Shown: positions 40,501-52,946, numbered from the stretch's first letter. The stretch is DNA of 64,000 nt from Mytilus californianus (GCF_021869535.1 NW_026262690.1:117738001-117802000), one strand, 5' to 3'. Notes: a model not told the origin generated them from the sequence alone. A program made the numbers and translations.

Positions 40501-43500
40501 CAGATCAAGTTCGAATTGTGGTGGCGTCACTTTTACCATTCTAGAGTTATGCCCCTTTATAAATGGAAAAATTGCTGAATTTTTCGTTTCCGTTCTCTAA
40601 CTTTAGTTAGCCTCAACTAAATGTTATGAAACTTAAAAACAATGCTTATTACCACAAAACTCAGATCAAGTACAAATTTGGGCAGCGTCACTTTTACAGT
40701 CTTTTATAACGTTATTTGCAAGCAGGGGTATCATCTGTGTCCCATGGACACATTCCCCATTAATTTTCTTTAAAAATTGATGAAAATGTTGATTTTTCTT
40801 TAAAAATGAATGTCTACTATAAAGTGGTCCATATCATGATTTCGAGGACCAAATTAGTTTGCAAAGGGGTTATTGTGTTTTTCATGTTCCGGATTCAGTT
40901 ATTCTTTTAATATCTTATTAGGGAATTTTTTTAAGCTATTTCATCTTCATTGGAAAGTTTTGTACATCAAAGTATTTGTACACTAAAGATGTAGACCTCT
41001 TTCCGTAATCAAATAACTTTTAAAACAATTTAAGGTGTGAGATTGGTCTGTTTATGAGTATTTATACATTTATTTCTAAATTCTGTCTTGTAATGGGCGT
41101 ATGCCATTCGCACAGCTTTAATCAATTTTCAATCTTTCATTTGCGACAATTCAATAATTTCAAGATACATTTGTTCCTTTCGAACTTCAGTGCTGTGCTT
41201 TTTTCATGGCGTAAAGGGTTTTATTGTCCTTTGATATTCTAAAGGCTGTAAAGAGATTTTTATATCATTTGATATTTTATTGCTATACTTAGTTATTTTA
41301 GTGGATGTAAACAGTGCTTTTAACCTTAAAATTGACCTGTACCTGTAAAATAATTAGCGCAAAGCAAATGAAAGAAATAATCAGTGCAAATGAAAGAAAA
41401 AATTGGCGCAAGTGAAATGCAGATTGGTCGCAAATGCAAAACGCTGCTTGTAATTTCTTAATTTTAATTCTACTACTGAGAAACTTTATGGTTTCAGCTA
41501 AAAGATATGAACGTACCATATGAGGAATAGAACATTAATATGGAAAACAGCAGAATTCAGAGTTTATGTTGAAAATTTCATTTTGTTCTTGTCCTATATT
41601 CTTTACTATAAAACTACTAAACATGGATATAAAAGGTTGAGGGGTATGATTTTAATGAGACAACAACTAAACAGCACATATATCATGAAAATAATGTGAT
41701 GCAGTTAAGAGTTGTGCCCCCTGATTATGCAGAATATAGCCTTATCTTAAGTTTCCTTTCAATAATTTTAGTATGTGAGTAAAAAAATCCTCAAAATTGC
41801 AACAGAATGGGTTGGACTATTTGATAAAAATCATCTGTTTTTACCTGAGTTATGTCCCTTAGTAATTCCATATATTTTTTCTTTATTTTTTCATTTACAG
41901 TGGCTTTGTTTACTATAAAGCCCAATGATGTGTTTTACCTGTCCTAATGACACATTTTTAATCTTATGTATTTAGATAAAAAACTTCATGTACACAGCAG
42001 TTTCTACTAAATTAAAGCAGTAATGATTTAGGTTTGTTTTCTTGTAGGGAGTCACTGAAGGCTGCAGGTCATCTTTTGTACAGTTTATCGGCCATCTTTT
42101 CACATCAGACAATGCAGATATAAACTGTATACCAAGGCAGATACTAAGTCAGGTAGTAAAGAATCATTTTTATATATATATTCAGAATTTGTATTGGAGA
42201 TAAAGATTTCTTCATATTTTATTCATCTTTAAATATTTTCCTTCTCACCCTGGAGGGTATTTTTGAAAATTAAAATACCCTTGATACTAATAGTAATTAT
42301 GCTTTAATTTATACTGAAAAACTATAAATGACTCAAGTTTTGTATTGACATCAATAATTAAGACATATATTTTAGTTGAAGATAATCTTTCAATTTTAAT
42401 ATTACTTTAAACCAGGATTAAACACAGATGTATTAAATGCTTTTTATACATTTTAAAAAAATTTTGGTATGAATTTTAAGTTGGTAGAAAAATATTAAAA
42501 ATTATTTTATAAATCTGTGTTATTAAATCATTTTTAATTTTCTGAAAATGAAACAAGATATATATTTTTTTTGAAAAAAAGTGAATTTTTAGGAAATATA
42601 TTACTAGATTTATTTGTGACATGCTTACCAATGATTCAAGTATTTACTGAAGACCAAAAACAAAGATGTAAACAATCAATACCTGTACTGTATGGTAAGC
42701 TATAAAAGGCCACTGAACAACAAAAAATGATATGTTTTGAAATCAGCTACAAACAGTGTGATTTAAACCCCGAAAATCTTCAGTCCAGACTGAATTTGTA
42801 TGATCTGTAACAGCTACAGTATGTTATCATCTTGTGACAGATTTAATTGCAGAACAGTTCAGGTTGTGGTTTCACATCTGATAACAGTTAACTGAGAAAA
42901 GACAATGAATTTAGTTTTAAAGAAAAGAAGTTTTATTATCAAAATACATATGCACTGAATATTCATACATAATGATTTGCTTTTGTTTCATCATTCCCAC
43001 TGTCCAATGTATGGAATGTCTTTAGAATTAGGATATTTGGATCTAGCTAAATCCAAAACACATTTTGGCATAATTTCCCGTCTGTGATAAACTACCCATT
43101 CACTACCTCCTATATTTTTCTTTCTGTCCAAGTACTCCTTAGTATACCATACCCCTAAATTGTCCATTATCTTCCAAAACTGTTTATAAATTTCCTTTCT
43201 TATTCCTGAATTTTCTGGTGAAGGTAACTGTCTATGTCCAATCCAAGGTGCAGAGCTATTCGATATAATTACACATGGACCCACCAAACAAAAGGGATAC
43301 TTTCCCTGGTTTCCGACAGTTCCTTGGGGTTCATTTACTCCTCCACCTAATGCTGATGTTTCTTGTTGCATTTCACCTTCAATTGTGGTACTAACACAAA
43401 ATTGATTACAAATCAACATGATCAATTGAAATGAAGTTATATGTAAAGATATGGAAACATTAAAAATTGTAAACACACTTTATAATTTGACCTTCATTAT

Positions 43501-46500
43501 ACATTCTTTACCAAATGACATTTCAAGTATTTGTAACAAAAGTATAACAAGGCTTGGCATCTGCAAGTCATCAGCTTCTTGTTGTCAAATATATGGTCAT
43601 AAATTCATAGCTAAAGAGAAACCATACAGTGACTTTCTTCATCACCAAACTGATAAAAATGCGATGTACTTCGGGCTTTAAGTTAAAACATTAAATGAAA
43701 ACCAAGAAGGGCAGACGACAACCAATTCATAAACTATAGGCTTCTGTCTTGGAACAGACACATAGAAAGGGGTTAAACATGGTTGGCAGCTCTCAAAGCT
43801 CTCCTTAACTGGGACAGTGGTAACAGTTAGATCCCATGATGAAACTACACCTATTTCTTGTTTGTTAAAAGTGATAGGATCTGTTTATTTGTTATTTAGG
43901 CCTTCCATACTTTAAATACCTGTACTTCGAGCTCTGTAACAAGAAGATCAGCAGGATTACCCATCATCATACAGGCTGTTGTTACAGTGGAGAAAAAACA
44001 CAAACAGGTAAATACTATAATGCTATTACATTTTTTATGCCCCACCTTGGGCATTATGTTTTTCGGTCTGTGCGTCTGTTTGTGCGTCCGTCCGTTTGTC
44101 CCGCTTCAGGTTAGAGTTTTTGGTCAAGGTAGTTTTTGATGAAGTTGAATGTTTTTGATGATCTCTCTAATTTTAATGCCAAATCAGAGTTTTATCCAAT
44201 TTCACAGTCCACTGAACATATAGAAAATGATAGTGTGAGTAGGGTGTCCTTGTTCAGGTTAAAGTTTTTGGTCAAGGTAGTTTTTGATGAATTTGAAGTC
44301 CAATCAACTTGAAGCTTAGTACACATGTTCCCTATGAAATGATCTTTCTACTTTTAATGCCAAATAAGAGTTTTGACCCCAATTTCACGGTCCAGTGAAC
44401 AAAGATAGTGCAAGTGGGGCATCCGTGTACTATGGACACATTCTTGTTTATTGTTGATTTAGGAGTACAATAAAATTGCCTTCACAAATCACTTTGGTAT
44501 ACTGTGGATTCATTTTTATTTGTGGTATACCAATTTTCGTGGGTTTCGTGGGTCACAGCGAACCATGAATTTAAGAATTCAACGAAGAATAATCTCGAGA
44601 AATGTGTATGGAGTCGGATGTTTATTTCCGGTTATGTTATGCAGTTCTAGTATAGTGTTGACTGGCGATAAACATTGTAACATTTATTGAAAGAAGATAC
44701 AAGTATTTTGATTAAGTCAATAATAAATATATCGAATATCAGTGATAATTTACTTTTTAAAATTGATTAAAACTGTTCATGGAAAATAACTGCAAGTTGT
44801 TAATTACCGTGTCATAGTTTGGTTTACTGGTGATTAAAAATCAATAGGATTAAGTACGGGGATATTGCCCGTAGGTAATATTGTTTATGACAGGAACATT
44901 TATTTTCTCACCTTTTACTTATATGACTGTTTATTATATCGTGATTAGGGAAATGAGCTTTCAATCATAGAGTTTTGAATGCCTTATAAAATTCCGACAA
45001 GAATTTATGAATTGTAAAACAAACAAATAATTAGTTGTCTCTGTCCATTATTGTAATGAAGTTTTCAATGAACACTTTAGCCTAGAATGACCAAGTGAGG
45101 ATTTTGATAATTCAAAACTTTTTCAATGAACTTTCTTCTTTTTTGTTTGTTTTATTATTGATCAAACCAATGAGGTTATATGATCTCCTAAATCAAAAAG
45201 AAATCCGTAAATTACGTATCTGAATTTTTTAATTTTTTTTTGTAATCAGCGATCCACGAATTTACATATACCACGAAACGTCTTTTATTCTCTATCCACA
45301 AAAATTGATACCCACGAAAATAAATGAATCCACAGTAACTATTGAATTGTGTATAAAGGTATGTAGTGAACAAAAACTAAAAAAATCTCAATAGTTGTGT
45401 TGGTGTACTGTATAAAAACCCCAAAATCCTGATGTAATTTAATATATGTGCCTTTTTACATACTTTATATGACTTATAATTTAATATATGTGCCTTTTTG
45501 AATAGTTTATATGACTTTTGTTTTACTCAATATATCAACACAGTGTAGCATCACCATCGGAAATAGTTACCTTAGAAGCAAAGAAAAAATGATATCAAAA
45601 AGTATCTTTTCTATTCCATGGACAGTAAAAACCATTCGCTGTACAATTTATCCACTTTATTTACATGAATTTTATCTGTGAAAACAAAAGTTTATTTCTA
45701 CAGTGTTGTTCCATGGCTCTTTGAACAGGTCCCATTCAGTCTGATTCTGACAATTTGGAGAGAAAGAAAGTCAATATAGGATCATAATCAACTGTAAATA
45801 GTATCTTCACTATAAGGAATCAGTATCATAAAACTTAACTTGTCAGCAAGATGTAGATTATAATGAATATAAGAAGAATTTGACTTTACCTAACTTCACA
45901 TTTGTTTTTTCCATGGCTTAGGGTACCTATTACAGGATGGTGATGCTGCACTCAAGGTTGATTTGTATTCTCTTAATATGAATTTTCATTATAAATCCAT
46001 ATATAATAGCCCCATATTGGACCACATTAAAAATATGGGATAAATAGATTTTTACATGTCATTTTATGCTTAGACCCAGTATCATCTCTGGACCCCAATA
46101 AGCTATCAATCACATGTGTAAAGTAAGGGCAATATCAGGGCTGATAGCATTGTCTAAGCTCCACTATTGGTTGACAGATGATACAATGGCTGATATAGAA
46201 AATACAATGCTATACATTTATTTATATGTAAATAATTTAATAATCTGCAACAAATAGACTTAATTTCTTATTTCAGAATTGTTTACTTCAAGCCTCCATA
46301 GAAAATTTATTCAGATTGTCAAGTGAACCTCTTCCTCTGCACTACAATGACCAGCATGATCTCCCTCAAGTACATGGTCTCTTCATTCTGAATGCATTAT
46401 TTAAAGATTCCAGTCTGAGTGCACCACTCATGCCATATACAAGTAGAGCTGTGGTGTTGGTCATCCAAAGTTTTGAATCACCAGCTTGGTCGATCAGAAA

Positions 46501-49500
46501 TGCTGCAACAATGTTGTTCAGTAAGTTTTTTTTCTCTAAAAATAAATACTTTAATTCAGAAATTATTGCGTTCATTTATAGTGATTTCGACATGTCAGAC
46601 CAAAATGTTAGAACTATTGTTGCAATGACTGGAAAAGCTTTATACAAATATATGTCAGATTTCAGAATGCGATTTCTTTTTATTGCGATACTCACCCAGT
46701 CGCATTATTTGCTATAATAAAAACTTCACAATAATTTTTGAATTAACAGTCCTCTTATGTAGAAAACAGATACAATTGGCCTCACTATGTCAAATGCTAA
46801 GATAACAGTTACTGTTTTCAATGCTTGGTTTGACTTCTTAAAAGGCAATTTTTTCACATTTTTTTTTATAAATGAAATATAAAGTAGATGTGTTGGGGTT
46901 AAAAACTATGGGATAAATCAATGTGACTATACACTTGCTGAAATTTTGACAATGCAGATATTTGAAGAGCTGATTAGTTACTGTTTTTTTTCAGTATGCT
47001 TACAATTTAAAAATTTGAAATAAGATATATGCATAATTTTCATAGGTTCCCTTGGTATGAGAATATTTGGACAGAAGAAAAACACAATGGAAGAAGTCTG
47101 GAGGGGGATAACTCTGTTGGAATTTGCGGCTTTGTACCCAGAGTTACCTCCAATGATGAATGAGTGTGTAGACAGAGCATTAGAGGAGGATATGAATAAG
47201 ATAGACAGTATTAAAACATCCTTGTTCCCTGTTCTTACATTACTGTCTTACCTTGGACCATCAGATCAGCTCAATGATGAGTATGTTACACTGTTTTTGA
47301 TAGGTGTTTTCATTATATGTACATGATATATTTAGTCTAATGGGGTAAACGTCAAACTGAAGTTAAATGGACAATGACATTACCACAGGAACTCCTTTTA
47401 CATGTCGAACTTTACCATTTTCACAATAAAATTTCATCAAAAATCATATTCTGGAGTAAAAAGGTCTACTTTTGTTTGCTAAGGGTAAACAAAATTTCAA
47501 TAACACAATATCTGCATTTTCATGCCAGTTGTTCTTAAAAACATCATACAATTATAGATAGTATTATTTGATTCAACAGGAATATTGAGATCAAAGAAAG
47601 TATGAACCATGGCTGCCATTAACTATTTTATTAAATTACAGATGTGCCCATTTTTATGCTTTTTGAACTGATAAGTGATGTTCATGTAAATTTAATTTTT
47701 TGTGTTGAATCAAAATAATTTCACATAGATAACTTATCTTTCAGAACATACATAACTTTGGGACATAACATATATAAATTTTTATCAAGTCCTGTGTTAT
47801 ATCTGAGAAATTTAGCAGCCAGTGCCTATGTAGCCTTTGTTCCACATCAATCACTGACTGAGACAATACAATCTATTGGTCAGCAGATATCTACTGCTAA
47901 ATGTAACCAGTTACATGGTCTACTATGCTGTTTACAGAATCTGGCCATACAGGATATAGGGTAGGTATTATCTATAATTTAGTCATCAGATACTTAGGTA
48001 TTTTGAACATACACCTTTTGCTAAAGGTAAAATGCAACATACCAATAGCACTGTGCTGTTTTTAAATTTTAGGCTATTTAACATGTGAAAAATTGTTGTT
48101 CAAGAGCTTGTTTCAGCATGATATTTTGTGTATTTATGATCATTTGCTCTTCAACATATTTCAAATAAATCATAATTTACATGAGGCATCATAAGACTTA
48201 AGAATCTCTGTTTTAGCTATTTATACACTACACAGCTTGCTTGCTGTTCAGGTTGTAGAATTGGTAACAAACATTAAACATTTTTATCTAATCCATCTAT
48301 GGATAACCTGCAATGATAGTTCTTGCCATGCATGGTAGGATTTCTGCATCTGAACACTCACCTTCCTCTTGTACTGTTCAGGATAAACATTCCATCTTCA
48401 AATACATTGGGACAACAGAAATGCAAAAATATATTATGTACTGGTGTATATCATGTACTTTAGAATTATACCTTTTGATTTTGTTAAATCCAGTAATTGC
48501 TTTGTATTTACTAATATATATAAAGGGTATCTTATTCATCAAAGAAATTTCATTAAAAACTATGTCAAGGAAAGATAATTAAAGTTTGAATTTTATCCAT
48601 AATACAAATTGTAAAAGATATTGCATTGTCGTTGGTTTATTTCTACAGGAAACAACATTTATCTTCCATCAAACAGCAGCTTTTGGAGAATATTTTTGTC
48701 ATCACATCTCCTTGTGGAATCGTAAGAGCTAAGTATTTACAACTATTGAAGAAGCTGTGTTGGGATTCTGCAGAAGATATGTTACATCTGACAAACTTAA
48801 TAAAGTTGAAGAGTCAAGGTCATCATGAGGTCATGGTAAGCTATGACAATTAATGATATAAAATTAAGAAGATGTGAATTGATTGCCAATGAGACAACTC
48901 TCCACCAGAGACCAAATAATGTAGATGTTAGCAATGATAGGTCACCATTATGGCTTCAACAATGAGCAAAACTCACATGGCATAGAAAGTTATAAAAGGC
49001 CCGACATGACAAATGTTAAACAATTGAAATGAGAAAACTAGCAGCCTGCTTTATGTAAAAAACAACAAACAAAAATGACAGACATGAACCAATGACAACC
49101 ACTGAAAAACAGGCTCTTAACATGGGAGAGGCACATACAGAATGTGGCTTAGTTAAACATCTCTGTGGGAGCCCAATATATCTGATCAGTTTGCCCAGTG
49201 AAGATTGTAATTCAATTATATATTAATGATAAAGCAAACAAACAATACAAAATGACATCTATGGGTAAAAAAAAATTTAAAAAAAACTAGTTTAAAAATA
49301 TATACTTGAAAATCAATTAGTGTTTGTAATATTATTGATAGGCTAATGGAGGATGCACAGTAACATTGTTCAGTTTGAAAATTAAGCAATAAGAAGAGTC
49401 TTTATCCATACATAGAATGATGACACATATTTTTTAATGGTTTCTTTTTATCACAGATTCTTGTCGGAAATTTCTAAGCACAAATTCTACTACTAAACAA

Positions 49501-51289
49501 AATATACACATTTTTGTTGTTGTTTGCTCTGATATAACAGATTCTATAACACCCATAAGCCAAAGATTTCTTCTTTACAACACAAAGTTGAATCCAGGAA
49601 TAAATGTAGAGATTTTAAAAGGTACTTTTTGCCTTTATTGCTGTCATGCGACACTAGAATTGTCAATAATCAGGGTTAACAGGTAATCATACCAAACTTG
49701 ATAATACTTCTGTTATGCTTATTAGTAAATTTTGTTTAAAAGTCACAAAACATTGAATAGACAGAAACAGAAACTAGTGCTTCTGCACTTTGATTATCAT
49801 TAAAGCACAAGTAGGGTCATTATTCTGCCAACAACTCTTGAACAGTTAGTTAATGCATTGATTCATTTGTTTACAACAAAAAGTTCTACACATTTCTTAA
49901 TACCAGTGACCTTTATACACATAATGGATGAATACAAATTAGCAAGTCTTAAAACATTTTCTTTTTATAATGTCAGGTTGGAGAAAGTTTTGCATGTGAA
50001 GAAGTTATACAGATTAAGCAGAGATGCTGTATATTGAATGGTTTTAAAATCCACACAGTCGTTGAAGAACATTTGAATGTATCAGATATACAGAGTTCTG
50101 TAGCGTGTGTGAATTGTCTACAAAATAATCTACAGAATCTTTCTAATGAAGACATTGTACCTATACAGGTAAGATATACAGAGTTCTGTAGCCTGTGTGA
50201 CAGAATCTTTCTAATGAAGACATTGTACAGATGTACAGATACAGGTAAGGTATACAGAGTTCTGTAGCCTGTGTGACAGAATCTTTCTAATGAAGACATT
50301 GTACCTATACAGGTAAGTCTCAGCTACATTATACATTTTGTAGTTAAAGGATTGATGAAGCAACTCCTTGATTTCATATTGCCTGCTTAAAAATTTTGCA
50401 GCAAACTGTGTTAAAAAATTTCAGTTTCAGCTTACTAAAGCCTTTCTCAAATTGTACATGAAAACGCTGTACTTTGTTTTTGTGAAGGAAATAAAACCTT
50501 TCATTAGAATCTGTTGTTCAACAAAATGGACTTGACACATTATTATGACTCTGTACAGACCAGTTCTACCTCTTCACACCAAGTGCTTTGGGAAGAACTT
50601 GCAAATACCATTATTTATAAAGTTTTGTTTTGCCTTACAAATTTTGGACAGATAATCAAATATCTATGTCATTTGGTCTATGGACAATTATCTGATTGGC
50701 AATCATGGTTCTTTGGTGTCCAGGTGGTCTAAGTAGTTTATCTACAGTTATCACCAGCCTGTCAACACTAAGGTTGTGAGTTCCAACCCCGTTAATGGCA
50801 GATGTGCTCAACTCCTATCTTAACTGACTAGGATTGTCAGTTTTCCTACTGAAGGTTGATTGTTCTCTTTGGTTACTATGGCTTCCTCCACCAATAAAAA
50901 TCTGGCTGCCAAGAGTACTGAAAGTGGCATTAAACACCAACAATCAACCAATCAATCAATCTACAATCTACATCCCGTCTTTATATGAAGAAAAAGACAT
51001 GTGAAATTTTGAATATTGGTTTGGAGAGTACATATTTTAGATTTGATGTTTTCTTTCAGATTTGCTTATCAAAACTGTTAGCATCTGGTAGTGTCCAGTA
51101 CCCTCCATTGCTTCTTGGAATATTACAAGTTATAATAGATCTACATTACAAACATACCAGTAATGATGATGCGGTGAATCACTTGTACGACTACTGGACA
51201 AGGGAAATAACTCATGTAGACAACAATATAAAATCATTGAAGATGGTGATAGGAGCTATCTGTATGGAGAACCATATTAGACTGAAAAG
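19531..51289 (+). CDS. THADA: THADA (thyroid adenoma-associated protein homolog; TRM732 family HEAT/ARM protein), 27 coding exons traced, 3' end probably incomplete
   Basis: Exons: 19531-19619, 20087-20249, 20922-21033, 21793-21947, 23162-23290, 23787-23907, 26025-26572, 27050-27153, 27747-27824, 29371-29560, 30348-30441, 35189-35359, 36125-36369, 36696-36880, 37107-37297, 38416-38568, 39071-39207, 39886-40014, 42048-42152, 43900-44007, 46277-46520, 47046-47280, 47745-47960, 48649-48835, 49977-50168, 50508-50723 (donor uncertain), 51060-51289. The chain is phase-consistent. Family motifs: PYNL..DSAPFR, SPLHG, LSWCWINIKE, LTKCRHRG, TRRSAGLP, DLPQVHGLFILNALFKD, SPAWSIRNAATMLFS, RIFG, SLFPVLTLL, R.LAA.A.V. 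Confidence 0.92.
20695..20830 (+). repeat. High-copy short interspersed repeat (aagaagatgtggtatgattgccaatgagacaactctcca family)
   Basis: Further copies at about 3225-3360(-), 12574-12620(+), 14245-14370(-), 19095-19230(-), 26625-26900(+), 39318-39465(+) and 48862-49160(+). Confidence 0.75.
22212..22372. repeat. 80-bp direct tandem duplication, next to a short gtcc-microsatellite element (22010-22200)
   Basis: ctttccctagaattaaattt.tgatgaaatacttattaattactagatttc...gggaa.taactcattttttt x2. Confidence 0.85.
24030..25258 (+). mobile_element. HINE/MgE-like Helentron-type element with internal monomers and poly-G tracts
   Basis: T-run, then tatacgacc...ggtcatata sub-TIR, a gtc microsatellite, repeated monomers, and a 3' ggtcgtatc plus short hairpin and T-run. 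Confidence 0.6.
24460..24645. repeat. Two tandem copies (period about 98 bp) of a palindromic unit
   Basis: aaagcagtgtaagggaggtaat-(loop)-attacctcccttacactgcttt, twice. Confidence 0.85.
29060..29216. mobile_element. Short TA-flanked MITE
   Basis: ta|ctgtaaa ... tttacag|ta. Confidence 0.45.
30013..30270 (+). mobile_element. tRNA-derived SINE (Meta/V-like core, (TCAA)n tail)
   Basis: Pol III A-box-like ggccaactggt, B-box-like gttgtgagttgcagccc, core ggtcggtggttttctacgggc...tttcctccaccaataaaaactgac, end gtggcgttaaacacc(aatc)n. Related copies at 50712-50960 and, partial, at 57225-57340. Confidence 0.8.
30687..34838. mobile_element. 4.15-kb non-coding Kolobok-like DNA transposon in a THADA intron
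   Basis: TTAA|AGGGAAACTTCGT ... ACGAATTTTCTCT|TTAA (11/13 TIR match, TTAA TSD, AG...CT ends). No long ORF inside. Confidence 0.65.
40022..40755 (+). mobile_element. HINE/MgE-like element carrying about 4 tandem 155-165-bp satellite-like monomers
   Basis: ttttatgcccc...gtccgtc microsatellite; monomers marked by caaccaaatgttatgaaact at about 40135, 40296, 40460 and 40614; 3' ggggtat...tgtcccatggacaca hairpin. Confidence 0.8.
42991..43371 (-). CDS. Small antisense ORF (126 aa from ATG 43371) resembling the P2X7 ballast / Nanor / KolX-like domain, nested in a THADA intron
   Basis: FCLVGPCVI...RKEIYKQFW...LGVW...YL.RK...RREIMPKCVLDLARSKYPNS...PYIG*. Acceptor gtgttag at 43391 just upstream. Identity rests on motif recall only. 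Confidence 0.5.
   Translation of the reverse strand: MQQETSALGGGVNEPQGTVGNQGKYPFCLVGPCVIISNSSAPWIGHRQLPSPENSGIRKEIYKQFWKIMDNLGVWYTKEYLDRKKNIGGSEWVVYHRREIMPKCVLDLARSKYPNSKDIPYIGQWE
44035..44450 (+). mobile_element. HINE/MgE-like element with 2 x about 149-bp monomers
   Basis: ttttatgccccac...gtgcgtccgtcc...(ttcaggttagagtttttggtcaaggtagtttttgatgaa)x2...gtggggcatccgtgtactatggacaca. Confidence 0.8.
44502..45335. mobile_element. Tc1/mariner-type MITE, 834-bp member of the 595-802 family
   Basis: TA|ctgtggattcattt ... aaatgaatccacag|TA. Confidence 0.8.
50086..50320 (+). repeat. Three degenerate tandem copies of the 3' end of a THADA exon, including its splice donor
   Basis: atatacagagttctgtagc...cagaatctttctaatgaagacattgtac...acag|gtaag x3; donors at 50169, 50245 and 50313. 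Confidence 0.9.
50712..50960 (+). mobile_element. tRNA-derived SINE (same family as 30013-30270)
   Basis: ggtggtctaagtagtt...ggttgtgagttccaacccc...gactaggattgtcagttttcctac...cctccaccaataaaaa...gtggcattaaacacc(aatc)n. Confidence 0.8.
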
Positions 51290-51433
51290 GTAAGATCTTC
51301 TGTTTAAAGTTTTTTTGTTTGAATTATTTCACATTTTGTCGTGGGTTTTGCTCATATAGTTGCTTACATCCATGTCATATGTCCTTATTTAGAACAGAAC
51401 ATCAGTTTTCACAAAAAGGAATCATTATATTAA

Positions 51434-52020
51434 AGGGGCATTAGCTACAAGATATAAAAAAAAAAAAATATGATTTTTTTTTGTTCAATCATTAATGAAA
51501 GTAAAATAGTGAAATAATAATTCGCTTTTAGCAGCCAATATAGTTCAATTTTGTCAAAATAAGTTTAAAAACATTGTTGATGAATTATTCACTTGCACGT
51601 AAATAATTCGACCTCATTGAATCCGTATTCATGTGACCTCCAGTTAACCCCTTAGCTGGACATGGGTTACGCATGTATTCAGCTATTAAAAGGAAAAGAA
51701 TATCAACAAAAATCTACAATATGAAATCAAACAGACCTAGAAAAATCCAATTGCACGTGGTCGCTATCTAGTTATATTTATATTTATGTTTATATCAGGT
51801 TATATGACTGTCAGCAGTCTTCAGAGGTCATCTCGGTGGCTAATTAGATGACGTGAAGACAAAAATACACATGAAATGTGTATTATATTATCGAGCCCAT
51901 GCATTGTTACTTGTTTATTTTAGACTTTTTGTAATTTGGATATAGGTTTTGGTATGTTATAAATCAACTATGAGAATTTGAGTCAAATCGGTGAACATGA
52001 AATTGACAGCTAATGCCCCT
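51434..52020 (-). mobile_element. Kolobok-type non-autonomous element / solo-LTDR-like unit (587 bp), reverse copy of 18143-18849
   Basis: TTAA|AGGGGCATTAGCT ... AGCTAATGCCCCT|TTAA. The internal sequence is the reverse complement of the 18143 copy. Confidence 0.85.
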
Positions 52021-52649
52021 TTAAGCAAAACTGGAATGGTCACATTATGCTGAATCAAGCTTTACGAGTAGAGGAGATGCACTAAAAACTAGTTTTAAAG
52101 TCTTAGCTTTGTTCTGGTATAGGAACATACAACAAATCTTCACATTTGAATTGATAAGGCAATCATTTTTTATCTTGTATTCATATAATACATGTATAGG
52201 ACTGTAGAAAACAACTAAGGACAACAAAGGAACAACTTGTGCATAAATAATCTGGAATAGTGGAAAAATACAGTGATATATATATTGTATCAAAATAAAA
52301 AATACAAATGTTAAAATTAATTTGAAGAAATTTGAACAATAAGATATTTTCTGAAGATTTCATTGTCAGATAATTAGATTTTTAATCATTTCTTCAAACG
52401 ATAAAGTTCAGAACAAAATCCAAAACATTAAGGAAAAATAGAACAAAATAGTTTCTTTTTCCATAATTTTAGGTACTGCCTTAATTTACATAGCTGGTTT
52501 ATGTTCCATGAAGCATGTTGTTTTGGAGAATATTTGAACATTTTATTTTAATACACTAATAATATATACACAATTTTCATTTTTCTACTAGTCATATTTT
52601 AATATTGTCACATTAGCATTGTTCATTGATATGCAAAAGAAATGATGGA

Positions 52650-52946
52650 TCATGAAATATCCAGAAGTAATTCTTTTTCAAGTATAGATCTCTTGCCAGA
52701 TTCATAATTAATCAGGTCACCTAATAGAATTTCAAGCCCATCATTGACTTCATCATAATCACTGGATACTGGGAGACTGATGTCCATTATTTCATCCTCG
52801 GCACTTCCCAAACTGCTTTCATTTTTTGAGAGTTCAGATGTACTTTTATGTTGAAAAGATATGTCATCAATACAAGATTCTAAAAGTAAGTCTAATTGAT
52901 GGTCTGATACTGCTTCTTCTCTTGTTTTTTTCTGAACACAATCATC
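52650..52946 (-). CDS. Probable terminal exon (98 aa, acidic) of the minus-strand 2A/NRF1-like gene
   Basis: Strong acceptor ttttcttttcag|GAT at 52946, phase 0, matching the phase-0 donor at 60634. It encodes DDCVQKK...EDEIMDISLPVSSDYDEVNDGLEILLGDLINYESGKRSILEKELLLDIS*. Confidence 0.6.
   Translation of the reverse strand, partial: DDCVQKKTREEAVSDHQLDLLLESCIDDISFQHKSTSELSKNESSLGSAEDEIMDISLPVSSDYDEVNDGLEILLGDLINYESGKRSILEKELLLDIS

Noticed and set aside
49973-50299. Minus-strand 108-aa ORF with repeated MSSLERFC
   Set aside because: Antisense by-product of the triplicated THADA exon end.
52045-52293. Minus-strand ORF with an acceptor-like ttccag (possible alternative last exon of the 2A/NRF1-like gene)
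   Set aside because: Hydrophobic AT-rich translation typical of non-coding DNA; the 52946 exon is a much better candidate.
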